Of a DNA stretch of 64,000 nt, positions 1 through 12,050 are shown piece after piece (within the stretch, counting starts at the first letter, position 1; every line of letters begins with the position of its first letter). The translations under genes and the position numbers were made by a program. The DNA lies in contig NW_003314263.1 in NCBI RefSeq assembly GCF_000143415.4, positions 3,313,746-3,377,745 of the forward strand. Direction: 5' to 3'. This stretch comes from Selaginella moellendorffii (lineage: Eukaryota; Plantae; Lycopodiophyta). A model generated the notes under the pieces. That model searched no databases. It had not been told where the DNA came from and was given only the letters and a program-made list of their open reading frames with translations.

Positions 1-44
1 CCTGGGCCATTCGAGAGAAGACCCACAACTCATCTCAAGATGAC

Positions 45-63
45 CTCTCTCTCTCTCTCTCTC
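45..63. repeat. (CT)n microsatellite
   Basis: ctctctctct run seen directly. Confidence 0.85.
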
Positions 64-568
64 AAGAGGGTTTTGGACATCAATGCGGCAATAAGCTATG
101 TTGATCATTAAGAGAGTTTACTGATTAGAAAAATTGTAAGGGATGGTCAGCGCGTAGAAATTCTGAGGTCGAGAGTTCCATTTTTACTCGAGACCTTTTT
201 TCATTTTTTTTATTTCAATAAAGATACCGCAAGCTTGTTTGTTATATAAGTTTTTAACTATATAAGTACTTCATAACTCAGACACTGTTCCACGGCTGTG
301 ACGTCATGTTAGAACTTTTCCCTGTTCTGATTTAGGACCATTTCTCGATTTGTGCGTGTCATCCTTGGGCCATGCTAATCTTCTTTGCCTTGTTCTGGTC
401 TGGTGGGGTTGGGACATTGACAGCGTACCACACTTTTTTTTTAAAACACTAGAGACAACGTCGGGGTTAATCACACACGTTTTACTTATGTCTGTAAACA
501 ACATACGGCAGCTTGAAATCCTGGGTTGCTATAAAACCCAGGGTAAAATCTTCAAGCAGCACACAAGA

Positions 569-2030
569 ATGGCTTCTTCAGGAATTTTCTTCTTTGTTCT
601 TTTTGTTCTCTATGTTTCTACAGGTATCATCTATCGTCCTTTGAGTGCATCTTTGATGTCATATAAATCTCTGTTTTGTGTGTGTAGTCGCTGCCCAAAA
701 CGTGCATTTTGGTTATGGAGTTTATCTTCCCACCACGGATCTGGGATCTCCGTTGAGGACCCTGAGGCCCATTTTCAACGAGAGAGCTAACGAATTCCTG
801 CTGACCGAGAACTATACCTCTGTCAAAAACAACCATGCCCACACTAGTAACAACGAAGAGCTCTACAAATCAGTAAGCCATGCAACAGTGGCAGTTCCTA
901 ATCTGATCGGTTGATCACAGTTTGGAGTTACGTTTGGGATGAACGTTCCTATAAAAGTTCTGCAGCTTAACATCGAGGCATCGTTCAACAAGATTGCGGG
1001 GAGCAAGACAAGCATCAGGACCACCTCCGTGTTTGTGGAGTCATACAACCAGAGGATCTACCTCCGGGACCATAGAAGGGCCATCCAAACCCTCCCACTC
1101 AACTCTGATTTCCTCAGTGACTTGCGCAACCTTCCCGAGCCACCCAGCTCCGACAGCGCTTGGGGGCCATACCAATCCTTCTTGAACAAGTGGGGAACGC
1201 ACTACGTGGCCGAGATGTTCCACGGCTCATGGCTGCGCCAGTGGACCGTGGCCTCCTCCACGGCGACGTTCACCCAGCGCCAAATGCAGGCCAAAGCCTG
1301 TGCCAAGCTCACCGGCCTCAAGGGAGTCCTCCCCAACATGGAGGGCTGCGCGGGGATCACTCTTGAGGAGATGCGCGCCGCGGAGGGGATCAACACGCAA
1401 GACACTCGAGAGGCCCGGGGTGGATCGTCCGCCACCGTCTCGCAGCTGCTCTCGGGTGACATAACCAACGATCTCATCCGGAAGTTCATCGAGGAGGGAG
1501 CCACGAGCAAGGAAGCAGTACGCTACGGCTTCTTTCCAGTGTGGGTGCCCGTCTTGTCTCAGTACATGTCGTCCGCGTCCAAGGAGTGGAGAGTGGCGAC
1601 GGCGCTCCAGGCTTACTATGAAGGCTTCCTCGCCTTCAAGTGTCCCCTGGACCGGCTCAACACACCCGCGACTGTCTTGCAGCAGTTTCGGAGGCTCAGC
1701 AATGGCAAGTATCAGTGCGTTCGCCAGTGCCAGGGCTGCAGGCTTGACAAGGATTGCAACCTTAGTGGTGTATCTGGATGCTACTGCTACGGTAACTCGT
1801 GCATCAACGCTCTGGGACCGGATGGCCGGGCTCAGGTTCAGCGGCAGAAGGATAACCTCGACCGTAATGTGCTGCCTAACAGGTCGTGTGAGTACAAGTT
1901 TCCTCAGTGCCGCTGCAACACTAAATCCAAAGAGCCGAACTGTGGTGCTGACAACATGATTCCGATATGGGACCAGGGTCAGAACAGCATTGCGATCGAT
2001 TCAGACATCCTTCTTTATGACGAAGAATGA
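569..2030 (+). CDS. Secreted MACPF/perforin-like protein with Cys-rich C-terminal domain (~449 aa; exons 569-623, 688-872, 921-2030)
   Basis: ATG 569 gives hydrophobic leader MASSGIFFFVLFVLYVST. GT-AG introns 624-687 and 873-920 join three ORF pieces in frame. The MACPF signature appears as YQSFLNKWGTHYVAEMFHGS, and the C-terminal ~130 aa are Cys-rich. Confidence 0.85.
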
Positions 2031-2859
2031 GCCAGACATGATTGTGTGTTTGTTGGTTGTGATTTGCATTGCATTACGTCTCTACAATAACATGCATCTC
2101 TATGTATATTTTGCATGGTTGTGTGTGGTTTGTATTTAACAGTCCTGTGTTTTCAAAAAGAATAAATAAAAAGACGCAATATCGACAGCTGTGTACACTG
2201 TGTAGGTGAAGGATGTCTTCCATGTATTATATGAGCTCCCCAAGACATGCACACCTCAGCTGGAAGACCTGGGATCAAGTAACTCTCCTGAGCGGGATCC
2301 AGCAGTTGCAAAGAGTGGCCTAAAATGGAGCGGCTACGATTTGCTACTTGACCAGGTTCGTGTGACTGCTTTGGAAGCTAACTCAGCTCTGGTTTGTTTC
2401 TCAGTGAACACACGTACTTGGACAAGGTGCTACCTTCGAAGGAGTTTTGACAACGTCTTGATAAGTCATTGCCGTGCGTTCTCAACTGTAAGTTTTCTAA
2501 GCTCTTTACACTTGGTTTTTGTTTTTTCAGCGCTGTACATGAGCCAAGCAGCTCTCTTACGACATGGTCGCGCGCTATACCAATCATTCGAGAAGGACCC
2601 GAAGCGCCAGAGCATGGGGATCGGGAGTTGATGAGCTCCGACCAGATTGAAGGATCCATTGACCTCTTCCTCTAGGTGCACGCACGGGTCATGCTCTTCT
2701 TGGTCCTGTCTATCATGCCGTCCAGGAATCCATCGATTTAGCTTGGCATCATGTTCTAAAGAGGAGAATATTGGCGATCATGGTGTGGAGGAGACCATTG
2801 TGACACGATCAAGGCTAAGATTAGAATTGCTTGCTCGCAATTGGGATTTTAGCTTGAAA

Positions 2860-2959
2860 NNNNNNNNNNNNNNNNNNNNNNNNNNNNNNNNNNNNNNNNN
2901 NNNNNNNNNNNNNNNNNNNNNNNNNNNNNNNNNNNNNNNNNNNNNNNNNNNNNNNNNNN
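2860..2959. other. Assembly gap (100 N)
   Basis: Run of Ns. Confidence 1.
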
Positions 2960-3176
2960 GGGGGGGGTTTGCTTCATGGATCCTGGAGCTTCTCCTTCAT
3001 CCCCGCCTCAGTTCGGGGTGACGATTTTGGGAGCTCAAGATTCTGTTGCTACTGCTGTAGATTTCCTAGCATCTACAGAAGAAATGTAAGAAGAAAAGAG
3101 GAGGAAGAAATGATGAAATGATCTTCCTATAAAGAAGAATCTCCATTCAGAAAATTTCCGCTACCATTTTCATATT

Positions 3177-4475
3177 TTAAATTCCTTCCTTTTGTATCGT
3201 CTTTTGGATTTCACAAATGGTGGTGATTGCTAGAAAGAGTCCAGTTCCAGAGCCAATCACTCCCATCGTATTTGCAGCCACGGAAACAACACCAATGCCA
3301 AACCCTCCAAGCGCTGCTGCCACTGGAATGTATCGGTCCAGCTCCTTTCTGGTGTTGGAGCTCCTGTGTCCTGGAATTATCACGCCTTGTTCTTTCCACT
3401 TCCTCGCTATATCCTTGGAAGATGACCCTGACAATTCAAGCCACGCCTTAGAGATTAGAGTGCTAGACACCACCGTGAAGACTGAGTAAATGAGAAAATG
3501 GAATGGCTCTTGGATCACGCTCTCTGGTGGATGAAAAACCTTGTAAATCATTCCTCCCAAAGCACCCATTGTAAAATTTTCGTAACCAAATACGTGACCC
3601 AGGCCTTCGTAAACCTTGCCCACGCTAGCTGCAAGCTGAGTTAAAAACATGATTGGAGTCGTCGCCGTGTAGAACAGCCGGATTGAATGATTCATATAAT
3701 CGCCCCTTCTGTTTGTCACTCTGATGATCATGTTGAGAGACTGAAGATATAATATCCCACAAATCATAAGAATCGTCAAGACCATTGTCCAGAGATTTGG
3801 GAGGTAGTTTCTGAAGAATGACTGGCGCACTGTCCTCATGTTGAAGCTGGATATCAACCCTCGGATCAATGCTACAACCGAGCCTTCAGGTTCGTTGACT
3901 CCTCTAAAGTTGGCGGTGATAGGGCTAAACGCGTGCCAAATCACGTCCTCACAAACGCTGCATGCAGTGAAAATGGAAATTGCAGACTGCCCAACACCAT
4001 ATCCCTTTTCTAAAACTTCGTCCATGTAGATTAGCATCAAAACTGCTAGAACCAGCTGCAAGATCACCAATAGCGAGCCAATCATACCAATTGGCCCATA
4101 CACTCCCCCAACAATGTTTAAGATTGCCAACACCACTGTAAAACACATCCCCGCCATCTTTTGTAGCTTGTTGATGGAGTCCTTCTCTTTGATGCAAATA
4201 ATGTTTCCACCAACTAAAAGTTGGATTGCCATACTTGCTGTTGCAATCGGAGCAACACCCAAATCCATCAGTGTTCTCTGACTTGCGTGCTCCGGGGAGA
4301 TCCCAAAGAGCGGCAATCTACTGCTAATCATGTAAACAAACACACACAAGCCTGTGTTTAAGATCCTTGTTTCCAGTGGGATCAACGACTTTGGACTGTC
4401 AATCTCCACACTGAAAAGCTTGGTAGCCCCTCTAAACAATCCACTCGCAGCTCCCTTCATCGTGGACAAAGCCAT
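3177..4475 (-). CDS. SEC61A: Divergent intronless Sec61-alpha/SecY translocon subunit paralog (432 aa), plug region deleted
   Basis: Motifs LPLFGI, TLMDLGVAPI, DEVLEKGYG, AFSPIT, LPNL, IRLFYT, SGSSSKDIA, GHR..ELDRYIPVAAALGG and IGSGTGLFLA are collinear with Sec61-alpha. Single open ORF. Confidence 0.9.
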   Translation of the reverse strand: MALSTMKGAASGLFRGATKLFSVEIDSPKSLIPLETRILNTGLCVFVYMISSRLPLFGISPEHASQRTLMDLGVAPIATASMAIQLLVGGNIICIKEKDSINKLQKMAGMCFTVVLAILNIVGGVYGPIGMIGSLLVILQLVLAVLMLIYMDEVLEKGYGVGQSAISIFTACSVCEDVIWHAFSPITANFRGVNEPEGSVVALIRGLISSFNMRTVRQSFFRNYLPNLWTMVLTILMICGILYLQSLNMIIRVTNRRGDYMNHSIRLFYTATTPIMFLTQLAASVGKVYEGLGHVFGYENFTMGALGGMIYKVFHPPESVIQEPFHFLIYSVFTVVSSTLISKAWLELSGSSSKDIARKWKEQGVIIPGHRSSNTRKELDRYIPVAAALGGFGIGVVSVAANTMGVIGSGTGLFLAITTICEIQKTIQKEGI

Positions 4476-4899
4476 GACTTCCTATTTAGGTTTTTCTTTG
4501 AATCAGTCCATATTTATAGAATAACACCAACTACGTTTTATACAAAAGGCTTAGTGAGTACCGTTTTACTTAGGAAAAGGGAGATAAGAATATTTGGGTA
4601 CAGAATCCCCAAATATTCTAACTTGTATTGGATGCAAGATATTATTGTTTCCCAGAGGTTTTCCTCAAACCGGAGTGATGACATATTAATCCCAGCAAGA
4701 AAAACCGTCGGTTTGGTCGGGCAGATGATATTACAGAAATGAACTGCACATTGAGTAAAAAATGGAGACAAGGAAACAAAGCTTAGCAGACATCTGCGAT
4801 CTTTTCTGTCGTGATCAGAAGACACCTCTGATCACCAAAAGATCTAAACCTGCCCAACGAAGCATATTTAGTATCATGGTACAAGCAATTCGCGAGCTC

Positions 4900-6350
4900 A
4901 CCTTATCCTGAACGCCCGGAACTAGCAAGAACTTGTTCAGTAGCTCTATAAGTTTGTGCGCTTTCTGCACGGAGCATCTCTTCACTGATGAGAATTCTCT
5001 CTCTGACAGTTTTCGAAGCTGGAAGCAGGTTCATAAAAAGGTCCAGGAACTTCGATTTCCGAGCTACGGTCTGAAGATCAATGCACATATCCCGTGAAGG
5101 ATTAGCTTACATACCCAGCTACTATCGTCAAAACATTTGAGCGGTAAGAGAAACTTTGCAAGCCTTTCGCCTCCATCGTCTGCAAGCGGTTCGCAGAAAA
5201 CCACGAACTGTAAGACATAAGCGCGCATTCATCGCCAATCATTTTGAACAGCAGATCAAAGTAAAGAGCCATAGCATCTGGAAAAGCGGCGAGAATCGTA
5301 AGAAACTACCCGGGAAAATCTTCATCGTCAGTAAGAAAGAGTTTGACGTACCTGATTTTCTAGTTCTTTTGAGATTTTTGAGCGGGTTTAACGTTCTGAG
5401 ATATGGTCAGTCGCACCATTCTTCCACACCAGTAGATCTGGCCTCTCGTCTCCAGCTCTTTGCCCTTCTCTACGTTCTCCTTGGCGGCCTGGTGACCGGA
5501 GTCTCCTGAAGTATTGCAGCCGGACTTCGCCGAGAACCCTCCAAGTTCAGCAGGAATGTGAGTCTTTGGAGGAGTGCATGCTTGAGGAAGAATTTTGTGC
5601 TCTGCAATGCGCGCTCCAACCTGGATCGACCGGAACAGCAGCTGAAATGCGACTCGCAACCGTGCCTCCCAGAAGTCATCCCCGAGAGAGCATGTTTCTG
5701 ACAGGAGTTGCATCTCATCCCGGCACGCAGTAATATCCATCGACCAGTGATGCTCCAAACAGTACACCACCTTCTGCTTGATCATCGCCGACGGCATTTA
5801 AGTCGCCTTCAGTGAATGCCGATAAATCCGAGCAGACTTCGGACCTTGATGAATATTGTTCTCGAACAGCTCCGCCAGGATGCCAGCATGATTGCCTGCT
5901 TCCCTGAATGCTTCTTTGTGTTTTCTACAGTCTCCCTGCTTTTCTGTTCGTCGCTGGCTCACTGTTGGAGGTTTGTCGAATGCTGCACCTATCAAGCTCA
6001 TGTCTTTAGCCAAACCTTTTAGAGCTGTCTTTGGAGATGCTTTGTTTCGCTGCTTCGATAAGAGCGACAGTGGTTTGTCGCCTCCTGCTTCGTATTCCCC
6101 GACTCGGCTGCCACTGGCGATGCCTCTACGAGGAGCAACGGCCTGCGATCTTCGTTGGACACGTTTCTGTAAGGCGTCTGGCGAGTTTGTACTTCGTCGA
6201 ATACTCTCTGGGTAGAACGAATAGGAGTGGCAAGTCGGCTGATGACTTTGAGCAGGTTGATAGAGATCGGCATCCAGATGAGCTGCGGCCATCGCAAGAA
6301 CAAACCCTAGAGCTCTCTCCACACGAGAGAGCTCCTAGCTAGCTATTTAT
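4900..6350 (-). pseudogene. Chimeric degenerate gene: copy of the MSL2/3 last exon (~5940-6265) fused to unidentified coding-like sequence
   Basis: [45 protein letters not shown] matches 56960-57150. TATA-like tataaatag on the minus strand at ~6342-6350. Stops and frameshifts downstream. Confidence 0.6.
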
Positions 6351-6479
6351 ACAAAGGAAGCGCGCTCGTTGACAACGGACGGCTGGGATTCCTCGCGAAA
6401 TGCTTTGGCCTTATCCTAATCGCTAAACTTAAATTTAATTTCCAAAATATTCTATAGAATATGCCACTGTCCTTTCTGT

Positions 6480-8545
6480 CTTTCCCCGTTTATTATTTGA
6501 AAAATCGAATGCTTTGAAGTCCTATATCGAGCGATCATTTTCTATTCACATTGTAATATAAACAGATCCATCAAGTTCTACCAATTATTTTCGGAAAAAA
6601 ATCCAGCTTTGAGATCATCTTTCGTGCTATCAATAATCTCGCGAACATCCTTCTCAGTCCAATCAAGAGCACCATCTCCAGCAACGATTCGGATCAAACT
6701 CTGGAAGAAGAGCTTGGTATGATCGCTAGAACCAGATCCAGGAACTCAGCGTAAACTCCTTTCGAGGCACGTAAAGCATCCCATGGACGTGCTCCCCGTC
6801 TGGATACGTAGCACTCGAGTCCTAGCAATGAGTCCTAGCAGGGGCGATGAGAACTTCGACAAAATGCTCAAGGATGGCACTCGTTTCATCGTTTCATTGC
6901 AAAAATCGCAACTTTGATCAGCGAAAAGAAACGTTATACTCACCTCCACACTTTCACAACTCGATTGTTCCCCACTTCGACAATGCCGAAAAGAAAATAC
7001 ATATATCCAGTTGTTGCCCCAAGCTTGCAGAAAGATTGGAGCAAAACGACCACTTCTCATATTTGCACTGCCATCCTTCTTGGAAACACAAGCTCCAGCT
7101 TGATGTAGCAGTATTCTGGTTAAAGAGTTAGCATGCTAAACGTTCCAAACTTCAATGTACGCTCCACTCTCAAAACTGTAACAAGATTGCTTAATCCTTG
7201 AACTCGTCCGTCACGAACCAAGACCCAGAAGCCATGCTCGGTTTGAGTTTCATCAGAGTCATCTGCGTCCTGCAAAAACATTTAAGACAAGACGGAAAAG
7301 ATGAAGGAAAATGTGGAAAGAATAAGACTTATTTCAGCGTCAACTAGTAAGCTCTCAAGATGATCATCATCGCCTCCAGCTAACCTTGGTGTTCCACTTT
7401 GGTTAATAACGCATTATCACTTCATAAACTGAGGTGCCGTTGTAATATTGGGTTTTGTGATTTTGTAAAGGTCCGGAGTTAATGCTCCTTTTGGGATACA
7501 AAAGGAAACGCATGAATTCAATAGAATTGTCGAGTCTCACACTGCAGCGTCCAGTGATACGTCAATAATCTCTTCCATGGCAGCACGCAAAGCATCTGAA
7601 TCCATGGATTGTCCCAATCTTGTCACCAGCAATAGGATTCGCCAGTTCCTCAAGCAGTCGAACGAATGGATTGTTTGCAATAAAACAACTGTGGTATTTG
7701 CTGGGAAGGACATCAATCTTCCGCTGCTTACTTCTTAGATCGCAACAAGATACTACATGATCGACCTCATCAGTAGCATTCAAAGACGAAGCTGGATACT
7801 TACCAAGAAATGCAGCTTTGAGATCATCTTTGAATCTTTTCCTGGCATTGATAATGTTGCAAACTTCTTCTCGGTCCAAGCTAGAGCACTAACGATTCGG
7901 ATCAAGCTCTGAACGAAGAGCTTCGAGTGATCGCATAAACCGGAGCCACGCATTTTCACGTTGGGCAGCATAAACTCCTCGCGAGGCAAGTACAACAGAC
8001 CATGGATGTATTCCCCATTTGGATACGTAGCAGACGAGTCCTTTGAATACTTCGCAGAAAAGTATGCATTTTTGTAACTTTTTGTTGAAGTTATACTTCT
8101 CGTTGGTACAGCAAGAGAATCAATCAGAATGACAACCAAAAATCTACTCACCTTTGCACTTTTACAGCCGGATTATTCGTCAGCTCTAACCAAGCCAAAG
8201 AAGAAATACACACCATACATCCAATCGTATTTGCCCCAAGACTGCAAAAATGGCTGCAAAAAGATTGATCAAGCTGCAGGAAACAATAGCTGTACTACCT
8301 GAATACAAAGCCACGAGACAATCCTCCAATATGTTCTTCGAAGGCCCAGACTTTTTTTGAGATCTCCATCGCCTGTGTTCATGGACAAGCTTTCAAACAA
8401 GAAAAGTAAGACAACACTCTCTCAAAATCTCCAAACGAGCTACCTGAGAATCCTACAAGTTTTCTCTTGCAAGAACCAATTTTTTCTTGGGCAGCAAACT
8501 GCGGAAAAGAAAAAATGGAAGACTTAGAGGCAGAGCCAACCATGA
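6480..8545 (-). pseudogene. Two tandem degenerate copies of an unidentified gene
   Basis: DSSATYPDGEHVHGMLYVPRKEF (~6750-6825) matches DSSATYPNGEYIHGLLYLPREEF (~7970-8045). Flanking segments are also similar, with many stops and frameshifts. Confidence 0.55.
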
Positions 8546-9179
8546 AAAAGGGCTCTTAAATTTCTTCGGGCGAAAATTCTTCATCGTGGAACAATGCCAC
8601 ATACTTTATCAGGTCCACAGAAATATGGGAACGGTTGCATGAACTGCATGGCACGTTGATGCTCACTCGCATGCAATGCTGGATGATTGGTGAGGATGTT
8701 CCTTCACGAGATTGTAGAGCGGTCGAATTGTCATGGCCAGCGACATGGAGCCGGCAAAGGAATCCAATCCCACAAACCAAAGCATGTAGCGAGATGGACG
8801 ACGTCACTGAATCCATCGACTTCGCATGTGCGCTCCAAAAATGTTTGACGGATAGCGCAATATACGTACTCATTTGATCATTTTATTCGGCTAGCTCTCA
8901 CTGTTCTTCTTCTTTTTTTTCCTATTTCTTTCAAGAAGACGAATTTTCTTGTACAAATCATCGGGAAAAGAAGAAATGGAGACTATTTCTCATTGATTAT
9001 CTCAAGAGAAATACGGAAATATAATAAGCTTAAGTGAAAAACCTTTTACAAAATTTTAAGCTCATCTGATTCTCAAACCTTGAGCCTCGCAGCCTTGCAG
9101 CCCCAGGAACATCTTCAGTGTCAAGTTTGAATAGCTCATCCGCCTTCAGGTCAACATATTCTGACGCAAGAACTATGGT

Positions 9180-9545
9180 GTTGCAGTTGGAGCAGCTGGA
9201 TACCTGGACTATCGTCGATGGTGCCTCCATTTACATTGAGAGTCTGGGACCAATTCTCCAGTGCGTTTCTGACGTGGAATCCAATCACCATGAGTTTGCG
9301 AAACAGGGAATCTATGTGTATATGGAGCCCTGGACGCTGCAGGATGCACCAAGGCAGTTGGCTTGAACATCATGGATATGCGAGATCAATATCCCTACTC
9401 CGGAGGAGTTCCCAGATACATCTTTTACTTGGACACAAGCAGACTCAAGAGCCTCATCAACAACGCTTTTGCGAATGTCAGCAACGTCTCCGAGTTATTG
9501 AAGAATCCTGATAGCAAGTTTTCCAACAAGATTTTACATTATAGA
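9180..9545 (+). pseudogene. Crinkler/RHS-type (CR) NTPase-domain fragment
   Basis: TWTIVDG...HEFAKQGIYVYMEPWTL and, after a frameshift, SGGVPRYIF...SNKILHY resemble the conserved YMPxWS / GGxPRY / SHxxxH motifs of CRN/RHS-like proteins. Confidence 0.55.
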
Positions 9546-11154
9546 TCAGTTCTTTGCTTTTACTTCTTTCGATACATGCTCTTCTTTTGCAGGTCTCAGC
9601 ATCCACAAGAAATGGAGGCATCTAGATATAAGGGTGGAAATTAAAAGAGGTTTAATAAAACTCCCTTTACCCAAAACTTTAAACACACATTTCATCCCTT
9701 AAGCTTGTAAAAAAAGGAAATATTTTAGGTTTTCACTTGTCCTTTCAGCAGAGAAGTCAACAAAGATGCTAAACAAGAGTAGCAAAGTGTACAAGGAGCT
9801 CCATCTTCTCCAAAACTACCCATTGTTTTGGTTCTCATCCTCCTAGCAGAGTGGCTTCCAGTTTGGAAGTGTGGATGAGTTGAAGCTGTATTTGAAACAG
9901 CAACACCCAACTTGTATAAAGTGCAATTAAGGTGAGTGTGGCAACTTTGACTACTTTAACAATGACATCGGCCAGCCAAGATATTGCTGCAGTCTGTGCA
10001 AGAAAAAATTTACCTATCGTGGAAAAACAAGACCCACCTACATGAAGTGGCCAAGATCAAGCAGCACTGAGGAAGTTAGCATGGCACATGAGAACAAAAA
10101 CTCAAGCACACTCCAGTTGAAGACAAGATGAGAAAGGGTTTGCTAGTCCACGAAAGTCAAGCGAAGCAGAGTGGTCAACAGGCCGATAAAGCTGGGGCAG
10201 CAGACATAGAAGATTTTGACATGGATGACCTGGAAGTGGCTAGAATCATGGCACTGGTCGAGGAGAATGAAGTCCCAGACGAGGAGGAACACATCCCTCT
10301 TGTGTTCCCTGAGGTGGCAGAAATTGTAGTGAGTGACAGAGAGATGACTGAAATTCTATTGTCAAATCTCGAGGATGTGGATGATGAGGAGATGCTAGAT
10401 CTTGTGCTTGAGGAGGTTTTGGAGCAGCCAGAACACAAGGAGGGGTTGGCAAAAATTCAAATTGGCAATGGGGAAACGAGCCAAATCCTCCAAAAGAATG
10501 TGGACAATGAGGATCTTGTGCTTGAGGGGGATTCTCAGGAGGAGTAGGTAGAGGCAATGGAGGGGGACATTTATTTTGCTCTCGAGCTTGAACAGGATCT
10601 CCAGGCCGAAGAAGATAAGCGAAAGGAGGAATCTATAATGCTCTGGAAGATTGAATTGGAGAAAGTTAAATGTAGTGGTATTTTTAATTTCAAAACAAAT
10701 CCGTAGGGTAGTATTCTTTGTTGATTGAATCAACAATCAAATCAACATAATTAAGATAGAAAAATTATAAAAAAAAAAAATACTTCCATGTTTGGTGTAA
10801 AATTTATTAATAGTATTAAATTGATTCACAACAAGAATTTTCCACTAGTCCTGAAATCGTGCCCCAGAAGGAGGCTTTCTGCAAGGTACTTAATTCTTCT
10901 CACCTAGATTTTCTTCTTTTTCATGTTGCAGACTGTCGGAAATATGTATCAACAGCTGTCCGAGGAACTTAGCTGGATCAAGGTTGAAAAGGAGTTGCTT
11001 CATCAGAGCTGCGAGAGATCCAAGCAGGAGGTAAATCGAAGCTGGTTAAGGCAGACTTTTTTTGTGATTCAGTTTAAAACACTTGACTTGAGAGCAGGAC
11101 TGACTTGAAAGATGGCCTACCAGCCGGGACCTGCAAATACATGCTGCGCAGGTG

Positions 11155-11905
11155 CAAACTCCTGCCATGAAGAATCATAATCATAAAAAAGTAAGCAGTG
11201 GCAGAGTAAACACTAACCTTCACAGAGAGATATTCTTCGTAGTGGGAGGTGTTCACGAAGCATGAAACCATGATCTGCATTAAAAGAGAAAAAGAAGAAT
11301 TAGTAGAACACGAAGATGGTTTCTACCATAAGAGACTGGTTTCACGGGTCAATGTTGTCAAAGAACAGTTTTCGATGCAACCGTCTAGAGCCCTGCAAAA
11401 TCTCAAGTTCTAGGAATCATAAGAAGAAATATCAAGATATCTACCTGCATATTCCGATGATCGCAACACAGGCTACGGAAGAATGTACTTCGTTCGACTC
11501 TTGTCCCGTTCACGTCGCTGATTGAAACACACCACTGTCAGAGCTACAAAGAAAAGAAATTCATGAACTATATGTCTCCACCTAGAAGATATTGCGACAC
11601 AGAAATTTCCTTGGGAAATTCCTTGCGAAGGCCGCGGCATTTCGACAATCTCACGAGCTGGTTGCAGCGACAAAGAATCCTGCCAAGCACCAATTACCAC
11701 AAAACAAGCCCGAGAAACCTAGCTTCAGGCTTCAGCCTACTCGTGGACAGAAGGAAGAGCCCAGCCCCCGGTCTCGATGGAATTTGTACGCTTACACCGG
11801 CGGCAACTCCTAATCCATGAGAATTCGAGCTGAGAGAGGAGTAGCGGCATTGTAAACTCTCGCGTCATACCTTCATCGCGCCATGGAAGAATGGAACCCT
11901 AAATT
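11155..11905 (-). pseudogene. Internally deleted, intron-retaining copy of the MSL2/3 gene
   Basis: Nucleotide matches to 58350-59130 and 57160-57375, e.g. [24 protein letters not shown] and IMVSCFVNTSHYEEYLSVK. Confidence 0.85.
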
Positions 11906-12050
11906 AACAGCCGTCAGATCATTTTCATCCGCGCCCTCCACTGCTTTACCGTTGGGGTTTCTCCAGCCGTCAGATCAAGCGCATCGTGACCGTCCGATCC
12001 CAACATATAAGCTTGCGAGCGGGGCATTTGTGCTTCTTTGCCGGGCAGCT

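Noticed and set aside
2206-3050. ORFs flanking the N gap
   Set aside because: No recognisable motifs, conflicting short ORFs on both strands, and interruption by the gap.
569-4475. Functional coupling of the MACPF toxin and the plug-less Sec61 as a dedicated secretion module
   Set aside because: Only adjacency supports it, and an unsized assembly gap lies between the two genes.
10128-10547. Acidic 139-aa ORF
   Set aside because: Low complexity, with no family motif and no supportable gene model.
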